DNA of 64,000 nucleotides, from assembly GCA_964571165.1 (NCBI GenBank), contig CAZNAW010000006.1, positions 77,103 through 141,102 of the forward strand, in the 5' to 3' direction. Positions 50,908-60,845 of the stretch are shown here, in pieces (position 1 is the first letter of the stretch; each line of letters starts with the position of its first letter). A program made the translations under genes and the position numbers. The stretch is from an uncultured Terracidiphilus sp. GTDB taxonomy: Bacteria > Acidobacteriota > Terriglobia > Terriglobales > Acidobacteriaceae. Under the pieces are notes generated by a model. That model had not been told where the DNA came from, did not search any database, and was given only the letters and a program-made list of their open reading frames with translations.

Positions 50908-52161
50908 TTACACTGCGCCAGTCCTCGTGGGCTTGAAGCCTGACAGGCCATAGTAGGCCACGTAGAGGTAGCCGATGATGGGAATGATGAACGCGTATTG
51001 GATGCCAACCTTATCGGCGAGCAAGCCGAAGAGGGGCGGAATGATTGCTCCGCCTACGTTTCCGACGTTGATGATGCCTGAACCCTTGCTGGTCATCGGT
51101 CCCAGTTCGGCGATGCCCAGGGCAAAGATATTCGGATACATGACGGAGTTGGCGACGCCGCAAAGCACCAGACTCCAAATGGCGACCGGTCCAGAGCTGA
51201 ACATGGAAACCAGAAGCAGCACGACGCCGAAGAAGCCCAGAACGACCAGCAGCTTTTCCGCCTTGATCCAGGTCATGATGAAGCTGCCAAGGAAGCGGCC
51301 AGCCATCATAAAGAGGTTGTACAGAATGAGCATGAGGCCGGCAGTTTCGACATTGCCGATCCCCTGCGCCTGACAGTATTGAATGGTAATGGCGGCCAGG
51401 GAGATTTCAACGCCGACATAGAAGAAGATGCCCACCATGCCCAACACCGTGTGCGAATAGCTCCAGATGCTGCGGCCCAACAACGGGTCGCCCTCAGAGG
51501 CGGGGCGGAAGGCGCGGGTCGCGGCGATGGCGGGCAGATTCATGAACATGACCGCAAAGCCCAGCAGCAGCAGCGCGGCGGCAATGGCAATGTAAGGTCC
51601 TTGCAGCATTCGGGCAGCGCTCGCCGAGGTGGTGAACTTGCTGGATCCGGCCAGAATAAAGTGAGTCGCCACCCAGGGAGCCGCAGCCGAGCCCAGGGAG
51701 TTGAAAGCCTGCGCCAGGGTGAGCCGGGCCGGGGCGCTGTGCTCAGGCCCGAGGATGGAGACATACGGGTTGGCCGAGGTCTGCAGTGCGCAGACGCCTG
51801 ACGCCAGCACAAAGATCGCGGTTAGAGTGAGAGGAAAGCTGACCAGATTGGCGGCGGGGATGAACAGCAGCGCGCCCCCGACCATAATGAAAAGCGAAAT
51901 GACCATGGTGCGCTTGTAACCAACCTTCTCAATCAGCTTGGCGCTGGGAACCGAGAAGACCAGATAAGCGAAGAACCACGCCGCCGTCGCCAGCATGGCC
52001 GGTCCGTGAGTCAGTTTGAAGACGTCCTCCAGCTTGGCCACCAGCGTGTTGTTCAGGCTGGTCAGGAACCCGAAGATGCCAAACAGGATGGTGACCGTGA
52101 TGAACGGGCCAACATAGTTGGGCGCGTTTGTCGCCGCTGGTGGTGTGGATCGTGTAGCCAT
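50908..52161 (-). CDS. FucP/GluP-family sugar:H+ symporter
   Basis: LQTSANPY, RLTLAQAFNSLG, FFYVGVE. Confidence 0.9.
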   Translation of the reverse strand: MATRSTPPAATNAPNYVGPFITVTILFGIFGFLTSLNNTLVAKLEDVFKLTHGPAMLATAAWFFAYLVFSVPSAKLIEKVGYKRTMVISLFIMVGGALLFIPAANLVSFPLTLTAIFVLASGVCALQTSANPYVSILGPEHSAPARLTLAQAFNSLGSAAAPWVATHFILAGSSKFTTSASAARMLQGPYIAIAAALLLLGFAVMFMNLPAIAATRAFRPASEGDPLLGRSIWSYSHTVLGMVGIFFYVGVEISLAAITIQYCQAQGIGNVETAGLMLILYNLFMMAGRFLGSFIMTWIKAEKLLVVLGFFGVVLLLVSMFSSGPVAIWSLVLCGVANSVMYPNIFALGIAELGPMTSKGSGIINVGNVGGAIIPPLFGLLADKVGIQYAFIIPIIGYLYVAYYGLSGFKPTRTGAV

Positions 52162-52344
52162 GAAAATCTTTCCCCCGTTTCCCTCGAAGAAACCGTCTGG
52201 TCTTTGCAGCCTTCCAATTCCTGCCTGCGCGCAACCGTCGCACACTTGAGTCTGGTCGCCGGCGAGGGCAACAGAATTGGAAAATCGCGCTGAAAAGTAC
52301 CGACACAACTCTACGCAGTGGAGCGGAGTCAAGTCCAGCAAAAA

Positions 52345-52360
52345 TTGAAAAGGTTTTCAA
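52345..52360. promoter_or_regulatory. LacI-family operator-like palindrome
   Basis: TTGAAAA-GG-TTTTCAA upstream of the sugar transporter genes. Confidence 0.5.
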
Positions 52361-52411
52361 CATCGCCTGATCACCCGTGGCACAATCCCCGGCGGTTTAC
52401 ACTGGATATGC

Positions 52412-53461
52412 ATGATTTCTACCCTTTCCTGGACTCCCGGCGGCCTCCGTCTCATCGATCAAACCAAACTCCCCCTTGAGGAGAGCTACGTCGTGGCCAC
52501 GACTTATGAGCAGGTGGCCGATATGATCGTCACCATGATCGTCCGCGGCGCACCTGCCATCGGCGTCTCCGCCGCCTACGGCATCGCCCTCGGCGCAAAA
52601 CACACCAAAGCTGCCACGGTAGACGAATTCGCCCCTGAGTTCGACCGGATCTGCGCCCGGCTGGCCGCAACCCGTCCCACCGCCGTCAATCTCTTCTGGG
52701 CCATCGACCGCATGAAGCGCCTCTTCGCCAATCTGGTGTCCTCTGGCGCAACCCTGGTCCAAATCCAGAAAAGGATTTTGGCGGAAGCCCACGCCATGTA
52801 CCAGGAAGACATCGCCGCCTGCAAGGCCATGGGCGCATTCGGCGCCGCGCTGCTGCCCGAAGAAGGCGGTGTGCTGACCCACTGCAATGCCGGCGCTCTG
52901 GCTACCTGCGGCTACGGCACCGCTCTCGGCGTCATCCGCGCCGCGGTGGAGCAGGGCAAACGCATTCACGTCTTTGCCGATGAAACCCGTCCGTTCCTGC
53001 AAGGCGCGCGCCTCACCGCCTGGGAACTGATGTCCGACGGCATCCCCGCCACCGTCCTCTGCGACAGCATGGCCGCCAGCCTCATGCGCGCCGGCCGCAT
53101 CCAAGCCGTGGTCGTCGGCGCGGACCGCATCGCGGCGAACGGGGACGTGGCCAACAAGATCGGCACCTACAACGTGGCCATCCTGGCCAAAGAGCATGGC
53201 ATTCCGTTCTACGTGGCCGCACCGTGGTCCACCATTGACCTGGCCACGGCAACCGGTGAAGCCATCCCCATCGAGGAGCGCCCGGCCATCGAAGTCACCC
53301 ACCACGGCGGCAAGCAACTCACGCCCAACGGCGTAGGCATCTGCAACCCAGCCTTCGATGTGACTCCGGCCAAGTATGTGACGGCCATCATTACGGAACG
53401 CGGCGTCCTGCGCGCCCCGCACACCGAGTCGCTTCGCGAAATGGCATTGGCCGCGCAATAA
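52412..53461 (+). CDS. mtnA: Methylthioribose-1-phosphate isomerase
   Basis: [39 protein letters not shown]. Confidence 0.96.
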   Translation: MISTLSWTPGGLRLIDQTKLPLEESYVVATTYEQVADMIVTMIVRGAPAIGVSAAYGIALGAKHTKAATVDEFAPEFDRICARLAATRPTAVNLFWAIDRMKRLFANLVSSGATLVQIQKRILAEAHAMYQEDIAACKAMGAFGAALLPEEGGVLTHCNAGALATCGYGTALGVIRAAVEQGKRIHVFADETRPFLQGARLTAWELMSDGIPATVLCDSMAASLMRAGRIQAVVVGADRIAANGDVANKIGTYNVAILAKEHGIPFYVAAPWSTIDLATATGEAIPIEERPAIEVTHHGGKQLTPNGVGICNPAFDVTPAKYVTAIITERGVLRAPHTESLREMALAAQ

Positions 53462-53476
53462 ACCAAACGGTCTACA

Positions 53477-53782
53477 ATGGTCGGACTGGTGAGTCCCCGG
53501 CCCTCCATCCTTCGGTTGCGGCAACGGTCGCTCCTGCGCGGCATCGTACTGTCGGTCGGCGCGTTCGCGGCCAGTTTGCGCCTCGCAGGATTCCCCGACA
53601 TCGACGCGCTCCACGGTTCGCGCTGGCAGACTCTTGTGGCGCTCACCGCCGCGTGGGGCATGGTTGAGACAGCGCGCTGCCTCGACCGCAAATGGAGCCT
53701 CTATCACGCCGGCGTCCTCATCCTGCTCTACTCGGAACTGATGATTCTGGCCCTGGTGTTTTTCCTTTGCCTCTATCCGTAG
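53477..53782 (+). CDS. Hypothetical membrane protein
   Basis: About 3 hydrophobic segments; start may be GTG 53489. Confidence 0.65.
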   Translation: MVGLVSPRPSILRLRQRSLLRGIVLSVGAFAASLRLAGFPDIDALHGSRWQTLVALTAAWGMVETARCLDRKWSLYHAGVLILLYSELMILALVFFLCLYP

Positions 53783-53923
53783 AGCGCCACTGGACGCACC
53801 TGTTGCACGGCCGACGCCGGACCCCATTTCCGGCTACCACATGCCGTTGCCAGCGTGTACCATGAGGCACATCGCACCATCGCGCTCCCGAATCAAGCAT
53901 CCGGCAAGCCCCTGGAGGAAGAT

Positions 53924-54328
53924 ATGTTGAAAGGTTTTCGAGACTTTATCCTGCGTGGAAACGTTGTGGACCTGGCGGTCGCCGTCATCCTGGGCGCGGC
54001 ATTCAACGCCATTGTTGCGTCGCTGGTGGGTGACGTGCTGAACCCGCTCATTGCCGCCACGGTGGGCAAACCCGACTTCAGCAGCGTGATTCTGAACATC
54101 GGCAGCGGACACATCAAGGTCGGCAACTTCTTCAATGCCGTCATTTCGTTTCTGATTGTGGCCAGCGTGGTTTACTTTGCCATCGTGCTGCCCGTGAACG
54201 CGCTGCTGGCCCGAATCAAGAAGCCCGAGCCACCGGCTCCTCCCGCCACCAAGACCTGTCCCGAGTGCCTCAGTGAAATTCCTCTGGCCGCCAAACGCTG
54301 CGCCCACTGCGCTCAGCCGGTAGCGTAG
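53924..54328 (+). CDS. mscL: Large-conductance mechanosensitive channel with C-terminal Cys4 motif
   Basis: FRDFILRGNVVDLAVAVILG; CPEC-x10-CAHC tail. Confidence 0.95.
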   Translation: MLKGFRDFILRGNVVDLAVAVILGAAFNAIVASLVGDVLNPLIAATVGKPDFSSVILNIGSGHIKVGNFFNAVISFLIVASVVYFAIVLPVNALLARIKKPEPPAPPATKTCPECLSEIPLAAKRCAHCAQPVA

Positions 54329-54377
54329 AATCCTGCCGGCTGACTCGTTGGCTTGCCGGCCCGCTGATTCGCTGCTC

Positions 54378-55739
54378 TCAATCCAGTTCCCGCAGCGCGC
54401 GAGAGAAACCGAAGAATCCAAGAAACACCAACAGCGACACTCCCGACATTGCCGCCAGCGCGTGCGACGTGGAGATGTGCCGCGACAACTCCCCGGCGAG
54501 CAGCGAGCCCAGCGGCGGCAGCCCCAGGAAGCAGGTTCCATAGATGCTCATGGCGCGGCCACGCATCTCGTCAGAGGAGAGAGTTTGCATGGCCACGTTG
54601 ACAGAAGAGATGGTCAGAATCATGCCGTAGCCCTCCAGCAGCATCAGGAACACAGACAGCGCGAAGATGTGGGTGTAGCAGAAGACGACCACCACCGCTG
54701 CCACGCCCGCGCCGCCGAAGGCGATCACCCAGCCGCGATGGCGGATATTCCCTAGCCAGGCCACGGTGATGGCGCTCAGCACCGCCCCGGTTCCCGATGC
54801 GGCGAACAGCCACCCCATCCCGCTGGCGCCCGCGTCCAGTTGCACGCGCGCAAAATAGGGGATGAAGGTGAGAAACGGCATGGTCAGCAAACTGACCAGG
54901 GCGATCATGCATACCAGCACAAACATCTGCGCCCGGCCGCGCACGTAGCCGAGTCCGGCGCGCAGACTCGTCAACACGCTCTCCCGGCGCCACGCTTTTT
55001 CCTCAGGGTAGCGGATCCGTGTGAGCGCCCACAGCACGGCCAGGAAGCTCACGCCGTTCAGAAAGAAGTTGCCGGCCACGCCCATCAGGACCATCGCGTA
55101 GCCGCCCAGCGTCGGCCCCAGGATGCGCGACATGTTGTACTGCGCGGAGTTGAGCGCGATGGCGTTGGTCAGGTCTTCGCGCTTGACCAGCCGCGGCACC
55201 AGCGCCTGGTAACTGGGCTGGTTCATGGCCATCGCCGTCCCGTTCAGGAAGGCGATCACGGCCACTTCCCACACGGTAATCACCTTCCAAAACGCCAGCC
55301 CGGCCAGCAGAAAGGCCAGAATCATCATGGTTGACTGCGTGAACAGGAGCAGCCGCCGCTTGTTCACGCGGTCCGCAATCACCCCGCCGAACAGCGTGAA
55401 GCAGAGAAATGGAATAGACCCCGCAAACCCCACCACTCCCAGCCAGAAGGCGGAGTTCGCGGTCAACGTGAGCACCAGCCAGCCCTGGGCCACATTCTGC
55501 ATCCAGGTGCCGATGTTCGACAGAAAGTTGCCGCTCCAGAAGAGCCGGAAATTGGGGTTGCGCAGCGCCCGCACCACCTGCGGCAGCCGGTCGGCCTCTG
55601 TGTCGGCCAGCGCCTGCGCCACAGCCGCCGTCTCTTCAGGCGTGGCGCCCATGGGTTCCTCATCCAACTCGCGGCCGGCGTTCAGAGAAATCACCTCCTG
55701 CGGGTTAGTGTAAGCTGTGGCTTTATTGTGGCGTGGCAT
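54378..55739 (-). CDS. MFS transporter (MFS_3/EntS-like)
   Basis: FRLFW...SNIGTWMQ, GVIADR, RGRAMS; start uncertain (55652 possible). Confidence 0.9.
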   Translation of the reverse strand: MPRHNKATAYTNPQEVISLNAGRELDEEPMGATPEETAAVAQALADTEADRLPQVVRALRNPNFRLFWSGNFLSNIGTWMQNVAQGWLVLTLTANSAFWLGVVGFAGSIPFLCFTLFGGVIADRVNKRRLLLFTQSTMMILAFLLAGLAFWKVITVWEVAVIAFLNGTAMAMNQPSYQALVPRLVKREDLTNAIALNSAQYNMSRILGPTLGGYAMVLMGVAGNFFLNGVSFLAVLWALTRIRYPEEKAWRRESVLTSLRAGLGYVRGRAQMFVLVCMIALVSLLTMPFLTFIPYFARVQLDAGASGMGWLFAASGTGAVLSAITVAWLGNIRHRGWVIAFGGAGVAAVVVVFCYTHIFALSVFLMLLEGYGMILTISSVNVAMQTLSSDEMRGRAMSIYGTCFLGLPPLGSLLAGELSRHISTSHALAAMSGVSLLVFLGFFGFSRALRELD

Positions 55740-55804
55740 CGCTGTCGTTCGTGTTTCCGCACCGCATTTTGATCCACCCCATCTCGCTTCGAAGGGTTCC
55801 GCTC

Positions 55805-57949
55805 ATGATCGTGCGCAAGCCGCTTTCCTTCGTCCTTCTCCTGGCATTCGTTCCTCTCACCTTCATTTGCAGCCCCCTTCCGGCGCAGAATTCTGCCCAG
55901 CTGGCCGCTCCCATAGTCTTCGGCTACAGCGACTTCACCGCCGAGGCCAAAATCGAGGAGAAATTTCTCGCTGTGCCCGATGCCAAACTGGCCGGGCAGG
56001 AACTCAAGACCCTTACGGCCGAGCCGCATCTGGCCTCAACGCCGGAAGACCGCAAGACCGCCGAATATGTCGCGCAGAAGTTCCGTGCCGCAGGCCTCGA
56101 TACCGAAATTGTTCCCTACCGCGTGCTGATGAACCAGCCCAAAGTCGTGCGCGTTGAGGCATTCGACGCCTCAGGCCGCCCCTTGATGACCGGCCCCACT
56201 CGCGAGCATGTCCAGGGCGACCCCTACCAGGACGATCCCCGCGTCGTAATGCCGTTCAACGGCTCCTCCGGCTCCGGGGACGTTACTGGCGAAGTGGTCT
56301 ACGCCAACTACGGCCGCCTCGAGGACTTCGACCAGCTTGCCGCCCAGCACATCGACCTCCGCGGCAAGATCGTCTTATGCCGCTACGGAGCCAACTTCCG
56401 CGGTGTCAAGGTTTATATTGCCGAGCAGCGCGGCGCAGCGGGCGTACTCATCTACTCCGATCCGCAGGACGACGGCTACTACAAGGGCGACGCTTATCCC
56501 ATGGGGCCCTGGCGGCCTGAAACCGGCGTCCAGCGTGGCTCCGTCCAATATCTGTTCCGCTATCCCGGCGATCCCGAGACGCCCGGCGTGGCCTCCACGC
56601 TGGATCTACCCGACTCCGCCCGGATCTCTCCTGAAATCAATCAACCCCACATCATTTCCATCCCACTCAGCTATCACGATGCCGCGCCCATTCTCCAGGC
56701 TCTCAAGGGGCCAGGAGTGCCGCAAGGCTGGCAGGGCGCGCTGCCCTTCCGCTATCACCTTGGACCTGGCGGCGTGAAGGTCCACCTCGTCTCGCAGCAG
56801 GACTATGAGCGACGAACCATCTGGGATGTGATTGGAACGGTGAAAGGCGCGGAGTACCCCGGCGATTGGGTGGTCGTCGGCAATCACCGCGACGCATGGG
56901 TTTATGGCGCCGTCGATCCCAATAGCGGCACCGCCGCCATGCTCGAATCGGTCCACGGCGTCGGCGTATTGCTCCAGCAGGGCTGGCGCCCCAAACGCAC
57001 CATCGTCTTCTGCAGTTGGGACGCCGAGGAAGAAGGCCTCATTGGTTCAACCGAGTGGGTTGAACAGCACTCCAAGACCCTCGAGCGCGCCGTCGCCTAC
57101 TTTAATGTGGACGTAGCCGTCTCCGGTCCGGATTTCTCCGCCGCCGCCGTCCCCTCGCTCAAGCAATTCCTTCGCGAACTCACCCGCTCGGTTCCCAGCC
57201 CTCTGAGCGGCTCGGTCTATCAGCAGTGGAGAATCAACCGCTCGAATGACAACGAACACCGCGCATCCAACGCTCCGCCCGAACCCGGAGAAGAAGCCCG
57301 CGTGGGCGATCTTGGCTCCGGCTCCGACTTCACGCCCTTCTTGCAACATGCGGGCGTTCCCTCCACCGACATCGGCTCCGGCGGTCCCTATGGCGTGTAT
57401 CACTCCGTCTTCGACAACTACGCCTGGTACACCCAGAACGCCGATCCCCACTTCCTTTATCTCCAGGAGATGGCCCGCGTGCTTGGCCTTGAAGCCCTGC
57501 GCATGGCCGACGCAGACGTGCTGCCCTACGACTATGTGAACTACGCCCGTGAGATCTCCGCCTACATTGATGCCGCCAAGCGGAAGGCCGTCGATGCCCA
57601 CCTCGGTTCCCTTGACTTTGCTCCTGCCGAAGCCGCGTCGGCCCGTCTTGCCTCCGCGGCCCAAAAAGCACGCACCCTCCAACTTGCGCCCTCCGGCGAC
57701 CTGGCCAAACTCAATCTCGCCCTCCGCCAGACGGAGACGTCGCTCCTGTCAGACGCCGGTTTGCCCAACCGGCCCTGGTACCGGCACACCATTTACGCTC
57801 CCGGCGAATTCACCGGCTACTCCGCCGTTGTCATCCCCGGCGTCAATGAGGCCATCGACGCCCGGGACGCCAACCGCGCCGCGCAACAGTTGACCGTCCT
57901 GACCCAGGCGCTCGACCGCGCCGCACAAACGCTGGAATCCGTGCATTGA
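55805..57949 (+). CDS. M28 metallopeptidase (glutamate carboxypeptidase II-like, PA and TfR-dimer domains)
   Basis: GNHRDAW, DAEEEG, GSGSDF, YHSVFD, RPWYRH. Confidence 0.92.
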   Translation: MIVRKPLSFVLLLAFVPLTFICSPLPAQNSAQLAAPIVFGYSDFTAEAKIEEKFLAVPDAKLAGQELKTLTAEPHLASTPEDRKTAEYVAQKFRAAGLDTEIVPYRVLMNQPKVVRVEAFDASGRPLMTGPTREHVQGDPYQDDPRVVMPFNGSSGSGDVTGEVVYANYGRLEDFDQLAAQHIDLRGKIVLCRYGANFRGVKVYIAEQRGAAGVLIYSDPQDDGYYKGDAYPMGPWRPETGVQRGSVQYLFRYPGDPETPGVASTLDLPDSARISPEINQPHIISIPLSYHDAAPILQALKGPGVPQGWQGALPFRYHLGPGGVKVHLVSQQDYERRTIWDVIGTVKGAEYPGDWVVVGNHRDAWVYGAVDPNSGTAAMLESVHGVGVLLQQGWRPKRTIVFCSWDAEEEGLIGSTEWVEQHSKTLERAVAYFNVDVAVSGPDFSAAAVPSLKQFLRELTRSVPSPLSGSVYQQWRINRSNDNEHRASNAPPEPGEEARVGDLGSGSDFTPFLQHAGVPSTDIGSGGPYGVYHSVFDNYAWYTQNADPHFLYLQEMARVLGLEALRMADADVLPYDYVNYAREISAYIDAAKRKAVDAHLGSLDFAPAEAASARLASAAQKARTLQLAPSGDLAKLNLALRQTETSLLSDAGLPNRPWYRHTIYAPGEFTGYSAVVIPGVNEAIDARDANRAAQQLTVLTQALDRAAQTLESVH

Positions 57950-58031
57950 AGCACTTGGCGGCTGAAGTTGAAGTTGTCCTAGGCAGGCCATCTGAAAATG
58001 TGATTTAAATCACGCATCATTCGCCGACTGG

Positions 58032-58060
58032 TTGACCCCACCCCATTCCGCTCGTATCGT
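58032..58060 (+). promoter_or_regulatory. Sigma70-type promoter of ccm operon
   Basis: TTGACC-N17-TATCGT. Confidence 0.55.
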
Positions 58061-58072
58061 TAAAAGTTGAGT

Positions 58073-58594
58073 ATGAAAATTTCCCCAAATACCCTGCGGA
58101 TCGGGATTGCGGCTACCGTGATCGTTGGCACCATCGTCTGGCTTGCCATGTCCGGCTACAGCGCCAACAAGAGCTATTACGTCACCATCGCCGAGCTCGG
58201 AGGCATGGGCGACAAGGCTTACCACAGCCAGTTGCGCGTGGAAGGCTTCGTTGTGCCGGGCTCCATCGAACACAACGGTCCCCACGTCGACTTTGTGCTC
58301 AACGAATTTGAAAGCCACTCCCCTAAAGCTGCCTCGGGCCGTCTCCTCAAGGTCACGTACAAAGGCTCAGAGCCGCCCCCGGATACGTTCAAGGATGACT
58401 CCCAAGCCCTGGCTGAAGGGTCGTTCGGCCGCGATGGCGTTTTCCACGCGAGCGTGCTCCAGGCCAAGTGCGCCAGCAAATACGCGCCCTCCGGACCCAA
58501 CGGCAAGCCGGCTGCCGCACCTGCCGCCAGTCCGCGCGCCGCATCCGCCTCCGCGCCCGCAGTCCCTCCCGTCAACGCGCCTGCCGCAAACTGA
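58073..58594 (+). CDS. ccmE: Heme chaperone CcmE, Cys-type
   Basis: TM anchor, RVEGFVVPGS, PDTF, AKCASKY. Confidence 0.92.
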   Translation: MKISPNTLRIGIAATVIVGTIVWLAMSGYSANKSYYVTIAELGGMGDKAYHSQLRVEGFVVPGSIEHNGPHVDFVLNEFESHSPKAASGRLLKVTYKGSEPPPDTFKDDSQALAEGSFGRDGVFHASVLQAKCASKYAPSGPNGKPAAAPAASPRAASASAPAVPPVNAPAAN

Positions 58595-58598
58595 TCGA

Positions 58599-59312
58599 AT
58601 GATCCCACCCCCCGCCGAGGCCGCCAGCACTTCCTCCTGTGCACGCCCAGTCTCTGCCAGTTTGCATCAGGTCTCAAAGCTCTTCGGCTCCTTCGCGGCG
58701 CTTCGCCAAGTGACGGCAGAACTCGAGCCCGGCCGCTGCTACGTGCTCATCGGCGAGAACGGAGCCGGCAAATCCACCCTCCTGCGCATCCTCGCCGGAC
58801 TCCTGCGGCCCAGCTTCGGCACGGTGCGGGTCTTCGGCGACCTGGAATCCGGTGGTCTGGAACCGCATGAGGCCCGCGCCCGCATCGGCTACATGAGCCA
58901 CGCCCCCATGCTCTACGACGAGCTGACCGCGCAGGAAAACCTGCGCTACTTTGCCAGCCTTTACCCCGGCCGGCATTGCCTTTCGCCAACCGAGGCCCTG
59001 CGCCAGGTCGGCCTCGACCCCGAGCTGACGCGGACGCTAGGCCAGTATTCGCAGGGAATGCGCCAGCGCACATCGCTGGCCCGCGCCCTGCTTCCGGTCC
59101 CAGAGCTGCTTCTGCTCGATGAGCCTTTCTCCAACATGGACATCGAATCCGCGCGACAGATGGTCGAACTGCTCGCCGGCTTCCGCCACGGCAGCCGCAC
59201 CATCGTCCTCACCACCCATCAGCGCGAGCTGGCCGCCCCTATCGCCGACTGGGTCCTTGCATTGCAGGCGGGGCGGGTAAAATCCTTCGAGCCGGGGAGT
59301 CCTACCCTATGA
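58599..59312 (+). CDS. ccmA: Heme exporter ATPase CcmA
   Basis: GENGAGKST, YSQGMRQR, LLLDEP; position in ccm operon. Confidence 0.88.
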   Translation: MIPPPAEAASTSSCARPVSASLHQVSKLFGSFAALRQVTAELEPGRCYVLIGENGAGKSTLLRILAGLLRPSFGTVRVFGDLESGGLEPHEARARIGYMSHAPMLYDELTAQENLRYFASLYPGRHCLSPTEALRQVGLDPELTRTLGQYSQGMRQRTSLARALLPVPELLLLDEPFSNMDIESARQMVELLAGFRHGSRTIVLTTHQRELAAPIADWVLALQAGRVKSFEPGSPTL

Positions 59313-59839
59313 AGACCAACGGCGCCCGCATCCTCGAATCCCTCGACATTCCCTTCGAACTGCGCGAATACGAAGTCGACCCCAATGACCTTTCCGCCAT
59401 CGCCGTGGCCAAAAAGATCGCCATGCCGCCGGAGCAGGTCTTCAAGACCCTCCTGACAACCGGCGGACCCGGCCAGTATGTCTTCGCCGTTATCCCAGGC
59501 GACGCCGAGCTTGACTTCAAGAAACTAGCCCGCGCCGCCGGCCTGCGCAAAGCCGAGATGGTCCCCCTCAAAGAAGTCCAGCCGCTCACCGGCTACATTC
59601 GCGGCGGCGTCACCGTCTTCGGCGCAAAGAAAGCCTACCCCGTCTTTGTTGATGAGACCGTGATCCTCTTTGACCAGATCAGCGTCTCCGCCGGGTCCCG
59701 CGGCACCCAGCTCATCCTCAGCCCCGACGACTACCTCCGCGCCGCGGCAACTCTTGGAGCAACAGTCCAGACCGCCGACCTGACGAAGGCCACCACGATC
59801 ACGGAGAATCATCCCCTTCCAGAGGACTGGACAAAATGA
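59309..59839 (+). CDS. ybaK: Cys-tRNA(Pro) deacylase YbaK
   Basis: KTNGARIL, VFKTL, GYIRGG, SAGSRG. Confidence 0.92.
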   Translation: MKTNGARILESLDIPFELREYEVDPNDLSAIAVAKKIAMPPEQVFKTLLTTGGPGQYVFAVIPGDAELDFKKLARAAGLRKAEMVPLKEVQPLTGYIRGGVTVFGAKKAYPVFVDETVILFDQISVSAGSRGTQLILSPDDYLRAAATLGATVQTADLTKATTITENHPLPEDWTK

Positions 59840-60504
59840 CCCGCGCCCTCTGGACCCACCTCATCAAAGATCTCCGCATTGAGTGGCGATCCCTCGACGC
59901 CATTATCTCCATGCTCTTCTTTTCCGGGCTGGTCGTTGTACTGTTTTCCATCGCCTTCGATCCTCGCGGAGCCTTTTCTCAGCAGATCGCCGGCGGCGTT
60001 CTCTGCGTGGCCACGATGTTCGCCTCGGTGAGCGCCCTCAACCAAGCCTGGGCGCGCGAAATCCGGCACCAGGTCCTCGACGCCCAGCGCATGGCCCCCA
60101 CCCCCGGCGCGGAACTCTTCCTTGCCAAGGTTCTAGCCAATTTCCTTTTTGTTTCCATTGTTCAATTGCTGCTGGCGCCGGTTTTTCTGGTCTTCTATAA
60201 CCTCCACATCGAGGGCCAGGGCTGGCTGCTGCTGCTGGTTCTGCCCCTCGGCACCTGGGCGCTGGTGGCCAACGGCATCTTCTTCGCCGCGCTCTCCATC
60301 CGCAGCCGCAACCGCGAACTGCTGCTTTCGCTCATTCTCTTTCCCATCTTCATTCCGGCTCTGTTGGCCATGGTGCAGGCCACCACCGCCATTCTCACGG
60401 GCGAAAGCGATCCCACCCTGTGGATCAAGATGCTGCTGGGCTACGACATCATCTTCACCACCGCCAGTTTGCTGCTGTTCGACGTGGTGTTTCACGCGGA
60501 ATAG
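59836..60504 (+). CDS. ccmB: Heme exporter CcmB
   Basis: KDLRIEWRS, FLAK, RELLL..FP; about 6 TM segments. Confidence 0.9.
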   Translation: MTRALWTHLIKDLRIEWRSLDAIISMLFFSGLVVVLFSIAFDPRGAFSQQIAGGVLCVATMFASVSALNQAWAREIRHQVLDAQRMAPTPGAELFLAKVLANFLFVSIVQLLLAPVFLVFYNLHIEGQGWLLLLVLPLGTWALVANGIFFAALSIRSRNRELLLSLILFPIFIPALLAMVQATTAILTGESDPTLWIKMLLGYDIIFTTASLLLFDVVFHAE

Positions 60505-60521
60505 ATCCCAAGATTTAACGA

Positions 60522-60550
60522 TTGACGTTCATAACGGACTTCGTTATGAT
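60522..60550 (+). promoter_or_regulatory. Sigma70 promoter with overlapping operator for second higBA
   Basis: TTGACG-N17-TATGAT; TCATAACG-N5-CGTTATGA at 60529-60549. Confidence 0.8.
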
Positions 60551-60555
60551 TTTGG

Positions 60556-60837
60556 GCGATCAGGAGCTTCAACGACGCCGATACCCTGCTGCTTTGGGAG
60601 ACGGGGAAGGCCCGCCGAATTCCAGCCGGCATCCGCCGCGTGGCCCTGAAGAAGCTTGCCGTTCTCCATTGGGCCACCAGTCTTTTCGACCTGGCGGTTC
60701 CTGGTGGAAACCATCTTGAAGCGCTCGTGGCGGACCGCAAAGGGCAGCACAGCATCCGTATCAACGATCCGTGCCGTCTCTGCTTTGTGTGGCAAGGCAC
60801 CGACGCCTTCATGGTTGAGATTGTGGACTACCACTAG
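60556..60837 (+). pseudogene. higB: HigB-family toxin lacking a start codon
   Basis: Frame reads (GCG)-IRSFND...GQHSIRIND...VDYH; in-frame TGA at 60547; first usable start GTG 60640 removes 28 aa. Confidence 0.75.
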
Positions 60838-60845
60838 GAGGACCC

